Assembly: GCA_963666285.1 (NCBI GenBank)
Contig: OY762711.1
Source of the DNA: Sedimentisphaerales bacterium
GTDB lineage: Bacteria > Planctomycetota > Phycisphaerae > Sedimentisphaerales > SM23-30
Reading direction: 5' to 3' (one strand)
Length of the DNA: 64,000 bases
Under the pieces are notes generated by a model that did not search any database, was not told where the DNA came from, and saw only the letters and a program-made list of their open reading frames with translations. Position numbers and translations under genes: made by a program. Below, piece after piece: positions 20,205 to 29,849 of the stretch (its first letter is position 1; every line of letters begins with the position of its first letter).

Positions 20205-21821
20205 ATGAAATATTTTAACAATATATCTTCTGTAACATGCCGAATGGCCAATCGTATCTGGATAGCTTCTATGAGAAAAGGCTATCACCGGTTTTGCCGT
20301 TCACTTAGAAATACTCAGGAAACGCAGGAGACATACCTTGCCGGCCTGATAAAAAACAACAGCAATACCCAATACGGTATCATGCACGATTTTGGAAAGA
20401 TCAGGTCCGCCAGGGATTTTCAAAATCAACTACCACTAACAAAGTATGATGACTATCTACCGTATATTGAGCAGATCAAAAATGGTAATAACAATATTCT
20501 TACCGGCGATAACATCATATTACTAGAACCATCAAGCGGCAGCACTTCAGCCTCTAAACTCATTCCATACACAAAATCGCTTAAAGATGATTTTAACGCA
20601 GGCATTCATCCATGGATGTACAATCTCTACAGAAACAATCCCAGGCTGTTTAATGGCAAATCATTCTGGTCTATATCTCCTGCTATGCCCGGAGTGCAAA
20701 CAGATTCTAAAGTTAAAATTGGTTTCGATAATGACTCCGAATACCTGGGCACAATCGGCAGATTCTTTTACAACAGGATATCAGCGGTACCTGACGATAT
20801 CGCTTCCATACAAAACCTGGAAATCATGCGTATTAAAACACTAGCTCACTTGCTGCTTGCCGAAGATCTGGTCCTGATATCGGTCTGGAACCCTACCTAT
20901 ATGACTCTCATGCTGGGCCATTTACATACTCACAAGGTTGAAATTTTTAACGAGCTTACAAAGCTGTCAACAAAAGAAAATATCCATAGAATCCGAAAGA
21001 TTGAAACATTATTTGGAAATAAAAATTCATCTTTCCTCGATATCTGGCCGAATCTTGCCATTATAAGCTGCTGGACCGACGGTACGTGCAATCTCTACGT
21101 AGAACAACTCAAAAGCCGATTCCCCGGCATAAAAATCCAGCCTAAGGGGCTTATCGCAACCGAAGCTTTTGTCTCGCTGCCATTCATCGAAGGCTGCGAC
21201 CCTGTACTTGCGGTCAACTCGCACTTTTTTGAATTTATCGACGAAACAAACGGTGAAATCCTTCTCGCTCATCAACTTAAAACCGGTAGAACTTATTCCG
21301 TTATCATTTCCACTGCAGGAGGATTGTACCGGTACCAGCTCGAAGATATTATTGAGGTCACAGGCCATTTGGAAACTGCACCTACTTTCCGCTTTATTTC
21401 CAAAGCAAACCACATCTCCGATCAATTCGGCGAAAAACTCAACGAACACCATGTACAAACCTGCCTTAATACTATTATCCAGAAATATAAACTCAATCCA
21501 GAGTTTTATATGCTGGCACCACATCATGATGAATATAAAAGAACCTTCTATTGTTTATATTTGCAGGATAATAATTATAATACAGATCATAACAAAAAAA
21601 TGATTAACAGTCTTGATATACTCCTCAGGGAGAATTTTCATTATGACTATTGCCGAAGACTTAACCAACTTCAGAGTCCGGAATTATTTATTATCCCGTC
21701 AAACGCAGTTAATATATATCAAAAAGAAATGCTCAATCGTAACATCCGTTGCGGCAACATAAAACCAACCTGTCTCGATAAAACCGCTAATTGGCATCAC
21801 GTTTTCAACAAATCAGAATAG
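20205..21821 (+). CDS. GH3 (auxin-responsive promoter family) adenylate-forming acyl-amido synthetase-like protein
   Basis: EPSSGSTSASKLIP, ATEAF, FFEFI, GGLYRYQLED, GEKLNE motifs. Confidence 0.88.
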   Translation: MKYFNNISSVTCRMANRIWIASMRKGYHRFCRSLRNTQETQETYLAGLIKNNSNTQYGIMHDFGKIRSARDFQNQLPLTKYDDYLPYIEQIKNGNNNILTGDNIILLEPSSGSTSASKLIPYTKSLKDDFNAGIHPWMYNLYRNNPRLFNGKSFWSISPAMPGVQTDSKVKIGFDNDSEYLGTIGRFFYNRISAVPDDIASIQNLEIMRIKTLAHLLLAEDLVLISVWNPTYMTLMLGHLHTHKVEIFNELTKLSTKENIHRIRKIETLFGNKNSSFLDIWPNLAIISCWTDGTCNLYVEQLKSRFPGIKIQPKGLIATEAFVSLPFIEGCDPVLAVNSHFFEFIDETNGEILLAHQLKTGRTYSVIISTAGGLYRYQLEDIIEVTGHLETAPTFRFISKANHISDQFGEKLNEHHVQTCLNTIIQKYKLNPEFYMLAPHHDEYKRTFYCLYLQDNNYNTDHNKKMINSLDILLRENFHYDYCRRLNQLQSPELFIIPSNAVNIYQKEMLNRNIRCGNIKPTCLDKTANWHHVFNKSE

Positions 21822-22073
21822 ATTTCTTGCCCCCGCCATGCAAATACTATAAAGATGCAATAATATTAGCTAACCATACAACACATCACAACACCCTTAA
21901 TTACAATAGGTTATAAATCTCCAAAACCGTCTCCCTATAATCACAGTAGAAAAAAGTAAAAAAACTTAATTTTTCATGCCACCAATCTTGAATAGCACCC
22001 ACTAACATATTGAAAGCCAACAGTAACAGCTTAACCCTCGATAATAAAACTGTTGAACTGTAATATAAAAAGT

Positions 22074-23415
22074 GGTTCACATCCCAAAAAGTTGGTAAAT
22101 TGACAAATAAATAAAGGACATTACACTTTCTTTTTTGATAAATTTTCACCACAAAAATTATTAGAAAAGGAAAAGTCCAATGTCCAGCCTTAGTATATCA
22201 AATTACTTTCCATTTATGCGAGTAAAAATTACAGAACAATCAGTTTATAGTGAAGAATCACCTTCTTCGATCATAAAGCTTTCTCCTGACAAGAGATATA
22301 AGCCATTGTGCCATGAGTGTGGTTCAGAAGCAGCTACAGTTCATTCTAATAATCACCTTAGGATGTTACGTGACTTAAATATAGCTGATTCCCAAACTTG
22401 GCTTCAGGTTAATTACCGTAAAATATGGTGTGATCATTGCGGCGGTGTCAGGGTAGAACAGCTAAGCTTTGCAGATGCATCAAAGCGAGTTACCCGGCGG
22501 CTGGCTCAGTATATATATGATTTATGTAAGATAATGACAGTCCAGGATGTTGCAGATCATTTGGACTTAAATCCTAAAACTGTCAAGAGCATTGATAAAA
22601 CCTTTCTAGAAAAGGAATATGGTGTCACTGATTGTGATAATTTGCGAATATTAGCTATTGATGAAATAGCAACTCGCAAAGGTCACAATTACATGACCGT
22701 CGTAATGGATTATATGACAGGCAGGGTTATCTGGATGGGTGAAAACCGTAATAAGGAAACCCTTGATGCCTTTTTTGCAGAGATGACCGATGAACAGAAG
22801 AATGCCATTGAAGCTGTTGCAATAGATATGTGGGATCCATTTATCAATCGAGTTAAGCACCATATTCCCGATGCCAAAATAGTATTTGACTTTTTCCATG
22901 TGGTACAAGCATTTGGACGGGTAATTGATGAGGTTCGCAGGCAGGAATACGCAAAAGCCACAGATCAGGAAAAAGAAATACTCAAAGGCAGTAAATATCT
23001 GTTACTAAAGAACGAAGAAAACCTCAAGGATAGTCAAAAAGAGCATTTAGAGAAAGTCTTGGAGCTTAACTCAACGCTGAGTACTCTCTATATTCTAAAA
23101 GATTATCTAAAACTTGTGTATTTTTATAGCGACCGTGATATTGTCAAGGAAACATTAGACCAATGGTGCCAAATGGCAGAAACACTGGATAACGCAACAG
23201 TTAATGCCTTTGTAAGAAAGCTAAGGAATCACGAATACGGTATACTTGAGCATGCTGACTACCCTATAGGAACAAGTATTCTTGAAGGAGTTAACAATAA
23301 AATCAAGGTCATAAAGCGGAAAGCCTATGGCTTCCATGATATGGATTACTTTACGTTAAAAGTGAAACAGGCGTTTGCCGCCTGAAATATTTACCAACTT
23401 TTTGGGATGAGAACC
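22074..23415 (+). mobile_element. Intact ISL3-family insertion sequence (1342 bp)
   Basis: 27-bp terminal inverted repeats GGTTC(A/T)CATCCCAAAAAGTTGGTAAAT with one mismatch; 8-bp direct repeat TAAAAAGT at 22066-22073 and 23416-23423. Confidence 0.95.
22180..23385 (+). CDS. ISL3 transposase
   Basis: CHECG/CDHCG zinc finger, AIDE, AIDMW, FDFFHV, EGVNNKIKVIKRKAYGF. Confidence 0.96.
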   Translation: MSSLSISNYFPFMRVKITEQSVYSEESPSSIIKLSPDKRYKPLCHECGSEAATVHSNNHLRMLRDLNIADSQTWLQVNYRKIWCDHCGGVRVEQLSFADASKRVTRRLAQYIYDLCKIMTVQDVADHLDLNPKTVKSIDKTFLEKEYGVTDCDNLRILAIDEIATRKGHNYMTVVMDYMTGRVIWMGENRNKETLDAFFAEMTDEQKNAIEAVAIDMWDPFINRVKHHIPDAKIVFDFFHVVQAFGRVIDEVRRQEYAKATDQEKEILKGSKYLLLKNEENLKDSQKEHLEKVLELNSTLSTLYILKDYLKLVYFYSDRDIVKETLDQWCQMAETLDNATVNAFVRKLRNHEYGILEHADYPIGTSILEGVNNKIKVIKRKAYGFHDMDYFTLKVKQAFAA

Positions 23416-23500
23416 TAAAAAGTATTATTTACGGCAACTTCGATATAAAACGATAAAATGTCGAGTTGACCTTTTATATAAATGGCAATAGAATAAATAC

Positions 23501-24064
23501 GTGAATAATGAAGATTGGAACGACATTAAAACCTGCCTTACGGGTAACACAGACGCTTACAAGCATCTTGTGGAGCGGTACGAGGAACCTGTCACCAGGC
23601 TTATGTGGCGTTTTTCCTCAGACAGGAATATTTGCGAAATGCTCGTCCAGGATGTCTTCATTGAAGCTTACTATAGTTTAAAAACATATAAAGGCAATGC
23701 CCCGTTTCTACATTGGCTAAAAAAAATTGGAACAAGAACAGGATACAGATTCTGGAAGCAGCGTGAAAAAGAAAATCGTTTTCTGCCAATTCAGGATTTT
23801 GATTTTATAGAAAATGTCGAAGTTGACTCTATCGATCATGATCAGGCAGCTGAAATCTTAAACGCCCTGCTCAGCCGATTACCTGCAGATGACAGACTCG
23901 TACTTACCTTAATGTATTTTGAAAACTGCAGCATAAAAGAAATATCAAAACAAACCGGTTGGTCTGAATCTGCTGTAAAATCCAGGGCAATGCGGGCCAG
24001 AAATAAGATTAAAGCTATCGCCGAAAAAGAAAACATCTTGGAGAAATTAGGATGGACACTTTAG
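23501..24064 (+). CDS. ECF RNA polymerase sigma factor
   Basis: Region 2 (LVQDVFIEAY...FLHWL) and region 4 (SIKEIS..TGWSESAVKSRAMRAR). Confidence 0.9.
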   Translation: MNNEDWNDIKTCLTGNTDAYKHLVERYEEPVTRLMWRFSSDRNICEMLVQDVFIEAYYSLKTYKGNAPFLHWLKKIGTRTGYRFWKQREKENRFLPIQDFDFIENVEVDSIDHDQAAEILNALLSRLPADDRLVLTLMYFENCSIKEISKQTGWSESAVKSRAMRARNKIKAIAEKENILEKLGWTL

Positions 24065-24312
24065 AAGGAATTAAAATACTTGCCGACAAATCACAAAACC
24101 AGAAGCTGCCGTTATTTGGTATCTCCGAAAATGTCATAGCCCAGTTGAACGACGAACCAGCTCCTGTCAGCTTTGCCGCTTTCGACATTTCAGCCGGATT
24201 GTTTGCAGCAGCGGCATTTGTACTTATGTATATAGGTATCAATTCCTGGCTTAACTATATAGACCCAATTTCCCATTTCTTCTCACCTCTACAGGAGGCT
24301 AGATTATGGTAG
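24052..24312 (+). CDS. Small single-TM protein, probable anti-sigma factor
   Basis: Overlaps the ECF stop; one hydrophobic helix. Confidence 0.55.
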   Translation: MDTLEGIKILADKSQNQKLPLFGISENVIAQLNDEPAPVSFAAFDISAGLFAAAAFVLMYIGINSWLNYIDPISHFFSPLQEARLW

Positions 24313-24719
24313 AAAATACCGGCAAACAAATTATACGCAGACGTAATACTACACAAATTATTGCCGCTCTGGTCATTTTCGCTTCAGGGATAATTGTAGG
24401 CTCTGGCGCTACTATTTACACCCTGAAAGCTAAAGGCATACTCAGACCTATGACTCCCCCTTCTGCCGCTGAGATTGCTGACAGAATCGGTAAGGACCAC
24501 AAACTTACAAAAGAACAAATTCTGGAAGTAGAAAAAATATTTGAAGATGCCGGGAACTATTTAGAAGAAATTCGCACTGATTTTGATAATAAGATTGAAG
24601 CAAAAAAAGATATTATCATCAAAGAAATGCAAGCCGTTCTGCCACCGGATAAATTTGAAGAATGGCAGGAACATTTTAATTCCCACCACAACAAACGGCA
24701 CCCGGCACCAATGCCATAA
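24306..24719 (+). CDS. Membrane-anchored periplasmic helical protein (CpxP/Spy/heavy-metal-sensor-like)
   Basis: IFASGIIVG TM segment, LTKEQ motif, VLPPDKFEEW, His-rich tail. Confidence 0.6.
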   Translation: MVENTGKQIIRRRNTTQIIAALVIFASGIIVGSGATIYTLKAKGILRPMTPPSAAEIADRIGKDHKLTKEQILEVEKIFEDAGNYLEEIRTDFDNKIEAKKDIIIKEMQAVLPPDKFEEWQEHFNSHHNKRHPAPMP

Positions 24720-24914
24720 CCGCACGGTTTACATGCCTGCAAATACTACAGCCATAAATTAGTTTACTAATTAACCCTCCACGAAAGTCAGCCCATACTT
24801 AATATGAAGTGTTAGGCTCTGCGTCTACACAAAAATCAATACACACCAAGGACTACAAATGAACCAGAATTATTTAAAATTCCATTTATGTGCCGGTAAC
24901 AAGGAGAATATAAA

Positions 24915-26360
24915 ATGAAGTATATTCTTATGTCTCTGTTAACTGCAATATTCTTACCTGTTATCGGTTGTACTGTCGGGCCTGATTACACTTCACCCGC
25001 TCCGGATACAACTGATTCCTGGCATACCAGGCTGGATAAAGGACTGTCTGCTGAACAGGCTGATCCAAACTCTCTGTCTGACTGGTGGAATAATTTCAAT
25101 GACGACATACTTACCTCACTAATCGAAAGAGCCATTAATCAGAACCTGGATATAAAAGACGCTCTTGCCAGGCTCAAACAGGCTCGGATTGCTCGCGGAT
25201 TGGCTGAAACTGATAAGTTCCCTACCCTGGACTTATCCGCCAGTGCAAACTGGAGCCGCAATGGCACCAGCCCCACAACTGAATTGTATTCTACTGCATT
25301 TGATGCTGGCTGGGAAATCGATATATTTGGTGGTATTAATCGTTCAATTGAAGCTGCAACCGCAGAACTGGAAGCTTCCAGTGAAAACCTGAATGATGTT
25401 CTTGTTAGTCTATCGTCTGAAATTGCCATCAGTTATGTCGAACTAAGAATATACCAGACACAGCTCGGCATAATTGAACAAAATTTAGAATCACAGACTG
25501 AAACTTATCAGTTGGTTCAATGGGAATATGAAGCTGGTTTAAGTGATGAACTCGCTGGCCAACAGGCCCGGTACAACCTCGAAAGCACTCGATCCGAAAT
25601 CCCCGGAACTAAAACATCAATCAATGAAGCCATGAATCGTATCGCCGTTCTTCTGGGCGAAAAACCCGGCAGTATACATAATGAACTGGAAAAACCTTTG
25701 CCGGTTCCCGTGGCATCTCCGGAAATTGCTATTGGCGTTCCCGCAGATATATTGCGACGAAGACCTGATATACGTATGGCTGAACGTGAACTGGCCGCAC
25801 AAACCGCTCAGGTTGGTGTTGCAACCGCCGACCTGTACCCCAAACTGAGTCTGCATGGTTCAATTGGCATACAGGCTTCTAATCTAAGCAGACTTTCCAG
25901 CAACATCACCACAACAGACAGCTGGGTTCTAAGCGGTGGCCCTCAAATCAGCTGGGCAATTTTTGACGCTGGGGCTATACGAAAAAATATAGAAATCCAG
26001 TCGACTCTTCAGGAGCAGGCTCTAATTAACTATGAAAACACTGTTCTGCTTGCCCTGGAAGAAATCGAAAATGCTTTAACAGCATATATAAATGAGCAAA
26101 ACAGGATTGTTAATTTGAAAAAAGCTGCCGAAGCAGCTGAAAAAGCTGACGTACTGGCAAAATATAACTACAGTGCCGGCCTTTCAGATTTTAACGATGT
26201 ATTGGAATCGCAGCGGTCACTTCTGTCTTTCCAGAACCAGGTTGCTCAAAGTAACGGTACAATTACTTCTAATCTTATTCGCCTGTACAAAGCATTAGGG
26301 GGCGGATGGAATTCATCAACTGCCGAAAAAAGAATCGCTAGATATTATCAGGAGAAATAA
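24915..26360 (+). CDS. Outer-membrane efflux lipoprotein, NodT/TolC family
   Basis: Lipobox IGC-TVGPDY; WEIDIFG; LRRRPDIR.AER; LYKALGGGW. Confidence 0.93.
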   Translation: MKYILMSLLTAIFLPVIGCTVGPDYTSPAPDTTDSWHTRLDKGLSAEQADPNSLSDWWNNFNDDILTSLIERAINQNLDIKDALARLKQARIARGLAETDKFPTLDLSASANWSRNGTSPTTELYSTAFDAGWEIDIFGGINRSIEAATAELEASSENLNDVLVSLSSEIAISYVELRIYQTQLGIIEQNLESQTETYQLVQWEYEAGLSDELAGQQARYNLESTRSEIPGTKTSINEAMNRIAVLLGEKPGSIHNELEKPLPVPVASPEIAIGVPADILRRRPDIRMAERELAAQTAQVGVATADLYPKLSLHGSIGIQASNLSRLSSNITTTDSWVLSGGPQISWAIFDAGAIRKNIEIQSTLQEQALINYENTVLLALEEIENALTAYINEQNRIVNLKKAAEAAEKADVLAKYNYSAGLSDFNDVLESQRSLLSFQNQVAQSNGTITSNLIRLYKALGGGWNSSTAEKRIARYYQEK

Positions 26361-27646
26361 TGAAAACAAATAATAAACAAAAAGTAGATATTGAACAAAT
26401 TATCAATAATAAGCAATCTTCAACATCCAAAAGATGGTTTAAACGATTGATTATTGTTCTTATTCTTTTAGCTATCGTAACTGCTGTTGCCTTTAATAAG
26501 AAAGGTTCTGCATCTTCCGACATGCAATTCAAAACTGAAAAGATAAATAAAGGAGACCTGACCATACTCGTTACTGCTACCGGCTCTCTGGAACCTACAA
26601 ATGAAGTGGAAGTAGGCAGCGAAATCTCTGGTCGAATAGAAAGTGTAGAAGTTGATTTCAACGACAAGGTTACCATCGGCCAGGTACTAGCCAGGATAGA
26701 TACTACCAAACTTAAGGCTCAGGTCACTCAATCAAAAGCTTCACTTGAAGCTGCCAAAGCCACTGTACTGCAAGCTCAGGCCACACTTCAGGAAGCAGAA
26801 AGCAAACTCAAACAATACGAAAAAGTCCGCAAACTAAGTGAAAACAAAGTGCCTTCCCAAACTGAATTTGATTCTGCTAAAGCTGCGTATGCACGGGCAA
26901 ATGCCGATGTTGCCAGTGCGAAAGCAACCGTAGCCCAGGCAGAAGCTACCCTCCAAGCCAACGAAACCGACTTTTCAAAAGCTGTAATAAAATCTCCTAT
27001 TAATGGCGTTGTACTAACCAGGGAAATAGAAACTGGCCAGACTGTTGCCGCATCATTTGAAACACCTGTCCTTTTTACTCTTGCCGAAGACCTGACTCAA
27101 ATGGAACTACACGTCGATGTGGACGAAGCTGATATCGGCCAGGTCAAAGATGGGCAACTGGCAACATTTACTGTCGATGCCTACCCTGACCGCACTTTTA
27201 ACGCTGCAATTAAACAGATACGATATGGCGGAGAAACCGTTGACGGTGTTGTAACTTACGAAACTGTACTTAAAGTAGACAATAGCGAGCAGCTTCTCAG
27301 ACCCGGAATGACAGCTACCGCCGATATTATTGTTTTGCAGATAGAGAAAACTTTACTTATTTCCAATGCCGCACTGAGATTTGAAATGCCCGAGAACACC
27401 GGCAAATCAAATGGCGGCGGTATAATGGACAGTTTACTGCCTCACCCGCCAAGGAGAGAAACCGAACAAAAGCAAAGTGCAATAAAACGTAACAGCCAAC
27501 ACAAGATCTGGCTACTGAAAGATAATCATCCTGAACCAGTAACTATTACAGTTGGTGAAACGAATGGAGTTTTGACTCAAATTGTTGAGGGGGCGGTAAA
27601 AGAAAATTCCGAGCTAATAGTTGATACATTCAGCGGAGTAAAATAA
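26360..27646 (+). CDS. MacA-type periplasmic adaptor subunit
   Basis: TATGSLEP..EVEVGSEISG; IKSPINGVV; GQTVAASF; VDEADIG; LRPGMTA. Confidence 0.92.
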   Translation: MKTNNKQKVDIEQIINNKQSSTSKRWFKRLIIVLILLAIVTAVAFNKKGSASSDMQFKTEKINKGDLTILVTATGSLEPTNEVEVGSEISGRIESVEVDFNDKVTIGQVLARIDTTKLKAQVTQSKASLEAAKATVLQAQATLQEAESKLKQYEKVRKLSENKVPSQTEFDSAKAAYARANADVASAKATVAQAEATLQANETDFSKAVIKSPINGVVLTREIETGQTVAASFETPVLFTLAEDLTQMELHVDVDEADIGQVKDGQLATFTVDAYPDRTFNAAIKQIRYGGETVDGVVTYETVLKVDNSEQLLRPGMTATADIIVLQIEKTLLISNAALRFEMPENTGKSNGGGIMDSLLPHPPRRETEQKQSAIKRNSQHKIWLLKDNHPEPVTITVGETNGVLTQIVEGAVKENSELIVDTFSGVK

Positions 27647-27836
27647 TGCAATGCGGATATAAAAATACGCCCGTAATAGAAATAATGCAATGCGGATATA
27701 AAAATACGCCCGAAATATAAATAATGCAATGCGGATATAAAAATACGCCCGTAATAGAAATGATGCAAGACGAACACAAAAATACGCCCGTAATAGAAAT
27801 AATGCAATGCGAACACAAAATACACCCGTAATAGAA
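27642..27836 (+). repeat. Five tandem 39-bp units at the adaptor/ATPase gene junction
   Basis: Unit AATAATGCAATGCGGATATAAAAATACGCCCGTAATAGA; units 4-5 diverged, unit 5 is one base shorter and contains the ATPase start. Confidence 0.95.
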
Positions 27837-28517
27837 CTGAATAAGATCAAAAAGATCTACGGAACCGGTCAGGCCGCCGTACATGCTCTGAGAGGTATTG
27901 ACTTACGGATAGAAAGAGGAGATTTTGTCTCCATTATGGGCCCAAGCGGCTCAGGAAAATCCACCTGCCTGAATATTCTCGGATGTCTTGATACCCCAAC
28001 TGACGGACACTATCTTTTTGAAGGTGCACGAATTGACGGTTTCAGCAGAAATCAGCTGGCTATGCTAAGAAGACATTTTCTCGGATTTGTCTTTCAGGGT
28101 TTTAACCTGCTCAGCAGGACCTCGGCATTGGAAAATGTGGAACTACCACTGATATACCGAGGGGTACCCGTTAAAGAGAGAAAGACCAAAGCAGCGCAAG
28201 CACTTGATGCCGTAGGACTTAAAGGCTGGGAAACACACACTCCCGCCGAACTGTCCGGCGGTCAGCAGCAGCGAGTAGCTATCGCGAGGGCTATTGTAAC
28301 CCAACCGGATGTACTTATGGCTGACGAACCAACCGGAAACCTTGACACAGTACGCAGTCATGAAACCATGGAACTGCTGGTCGAACTCAATACCCAACAT
28401 GGTATTACCATTGTGATGGTAACCCATGAACCGGAAATGACAGCTTACACGAAACGTACAATCCATTTTCGTGACGGCCATATCGAATCAGATAAAACAA
28501 ACGGAGATAGAATATAA
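27807..28517 (+). CDS. ABC transporter ATP-binding protein (MacB/LolD type)
   Basis: GPSGSGKST, LSGGQQQRVAIARA, DEPTGNLD. Confidence 0.95.
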   Translation: MRTQNTPVIELNKIKKIYGTGQAAVHALRGIDLRIERGDFVSIMGPSGSGKSTCLNILGCLDTPTDGHYLFEGARIDGFSRNQLAMLRRHFLGFVFQGFNLLSRTSALENVELPLIYRGVPVKERKTKAAQALDAVGLKGWETHTPAELSGGQQQRVAIARAIVTQPDVLMADEPTGNLDTVRSHETMELLVELNTQHGITIVMVTHEPEMTAYTKRTIHFRDGHIESDKTNGDRI

Positions 28518-29722
28518 TGTTGTGGGACACTCTAATTCTGGCAATTCGCGAAATAAAAAGACACGTTTTACGGTCTTTATTAACTATGCTAGGTATTGTT
28601 ATTGGGGTGGCCTCGGTGATTACAATGGTAACTCTTGGTAACGGCGCTACCGTTCAGGTCACAGACCAGATCGCTAGCCTCGGCAGCAATCTTCTAATGG
28701 TTCGACCAGGCATGAGACTCGGGCCTGGTCGCGACTCTACCGCTGCCCCCTTCAAACTGGCCGATGCTGAAGCGATTGCAAGAGATATACCATCGATAGC
28801 CGCGGTCGCCCCTTCTGCCGGCTCCGGAGCAACAGCAATTTACGGTAATGAAAACTGGTCAACGACCATAACCGGAACCACCAATGAATATTTCAAGGTC
28901 AGAAACTGGGATATTGACACAGGCAGAGAATTCAACGACTCAGAGATTAAAGCCGGCGGAGCGGTATGTATTATAGGAGATACTATCAGAAGAGAACTCT
29001 TTGACCAGGTAGACCCGATCGGTAAACGCTTGAGACTAGGAGCGTTATCGTTCCAGGTAATCGGTATATTAGAATCAAAAGGCCAGAGTACAATGGGTAC
29101 CGACCAGGATGATATAGTGATAATTCCTTTGCGGGCGCTGCAGCGGCGAATAGCTGGAAATCGAGATATCAGCTTGATCCAGGTATCGGTTGAGGACGGT
29201 GCTTCTACAGAAAACGTCAAACAAAAGATCCAGGAGCTCTTTAGGGAGCGACGTCATATCGCCGCCAACGAAGACGATAACTTTGACGTTATGGACATGA
29301 AAGAGATCGCCAATATGCTAACTGGTACCACCCAGGTGCTGACGGCGCTGCTAAGTGCGGTTGCCGCGGTAAGTTTAATAGTAGGCGGAATAGGAATAAT
29401 GAATATTATGCTGGTTTCAGTAACCGAACGAACGCGTGAAATCGGTATCCGGCTGGCAATCGGAGCTCTTGAAAAAGAAGTACTTACGCAATTCCTGGTA
29501 GAAGCGGTAGTTTTATCCTCATCTGGCGGAGTAATAGGGATATTGTTGGGTCTGTCAGCATGCTGGGGTTTGAAGGATATCCTGCAGGTACCGTTTATTT
29601 TTAACCCTGGAATTGTTGTACTGGCGTTTCTGTTTTCAGCGGCAGTAGGCGTAATCTTCGGCTATTTTCCAGCGTTAAAAGCGGCCAGTCTCGACCCGAT
29701 AGATGCTTTACGACATGAATAA
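28517..29722 (+). CDS. MacB-type ABC transporter permease
   Basis: RSLLTMLGIVIGV; GGIGIMNIMLVSVTERTREIGIR; LDPIDALRHE. Confidence 0.95.
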   Translation: MLWDTLILAIREIKRHVLRSLLTMLGIVIGVASVITMVTLGNGATVQVTDQIASLGSNLLMVRPGMRLGPGRDSTAAPFKLADAEAIARDIPSIAAVAPSAGSGATAIYGNENWSTTITGTTNEYFKVRNWDIDTGREFNDSEIKAGGAVCIIGDTIRRELFDQVDPIGKRLRLGALSFQVIGILESKGQSTMGTDQDDIVIIPLRALQRRIAGNRDISLIQVSVEDGASTENVKQKIQELFRERRHIAANEDDNFDVMDMKEIANMLTGTTQVLTALLSAVAAVSLIVGGIGIMNIMLVSVTERTREIGIRLAIGALEKEVLTQFLVEAVVLSSSGGVIGILLGLSACWGLKDILQVPFIFNPGIVVLAFLFSAAVGVIFGYFPALKAASLDPIDALRHE

Positions 29723-29761
29723 GACACACTTTCTCATTTTCCAAATCTTCCATATTATTTA

Positions 29762-29803
29762 GATCAGGGCGCAGCCAGATATAATGGCTGTGCCCTAATC
29801 TTT
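29762..29803. terminator. Hairpin between convergent genes
   Basis: GATCAGGGCGCAGCCA-loop-TGGCTGTGCCCTAATC followed by TTT. Confidence 0.6.
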
Positions 29804-29849
29804 AATTGCCTGTAAACCGCTAACCATTGGCTAATAAAAGCTTTATAGT

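Noticed and set aside
27642..27836. Possible CRISPR array
   Set aside because: Units are directly adjacent with no unique spacers, no cas genes are nearby, and the unit derives from the ATPase gene start
27577..27884. Three minus-strand repetitive ORFs
   Set aside because: Shadows of the 39-bp tandem repeat, antisense to the efflux operon
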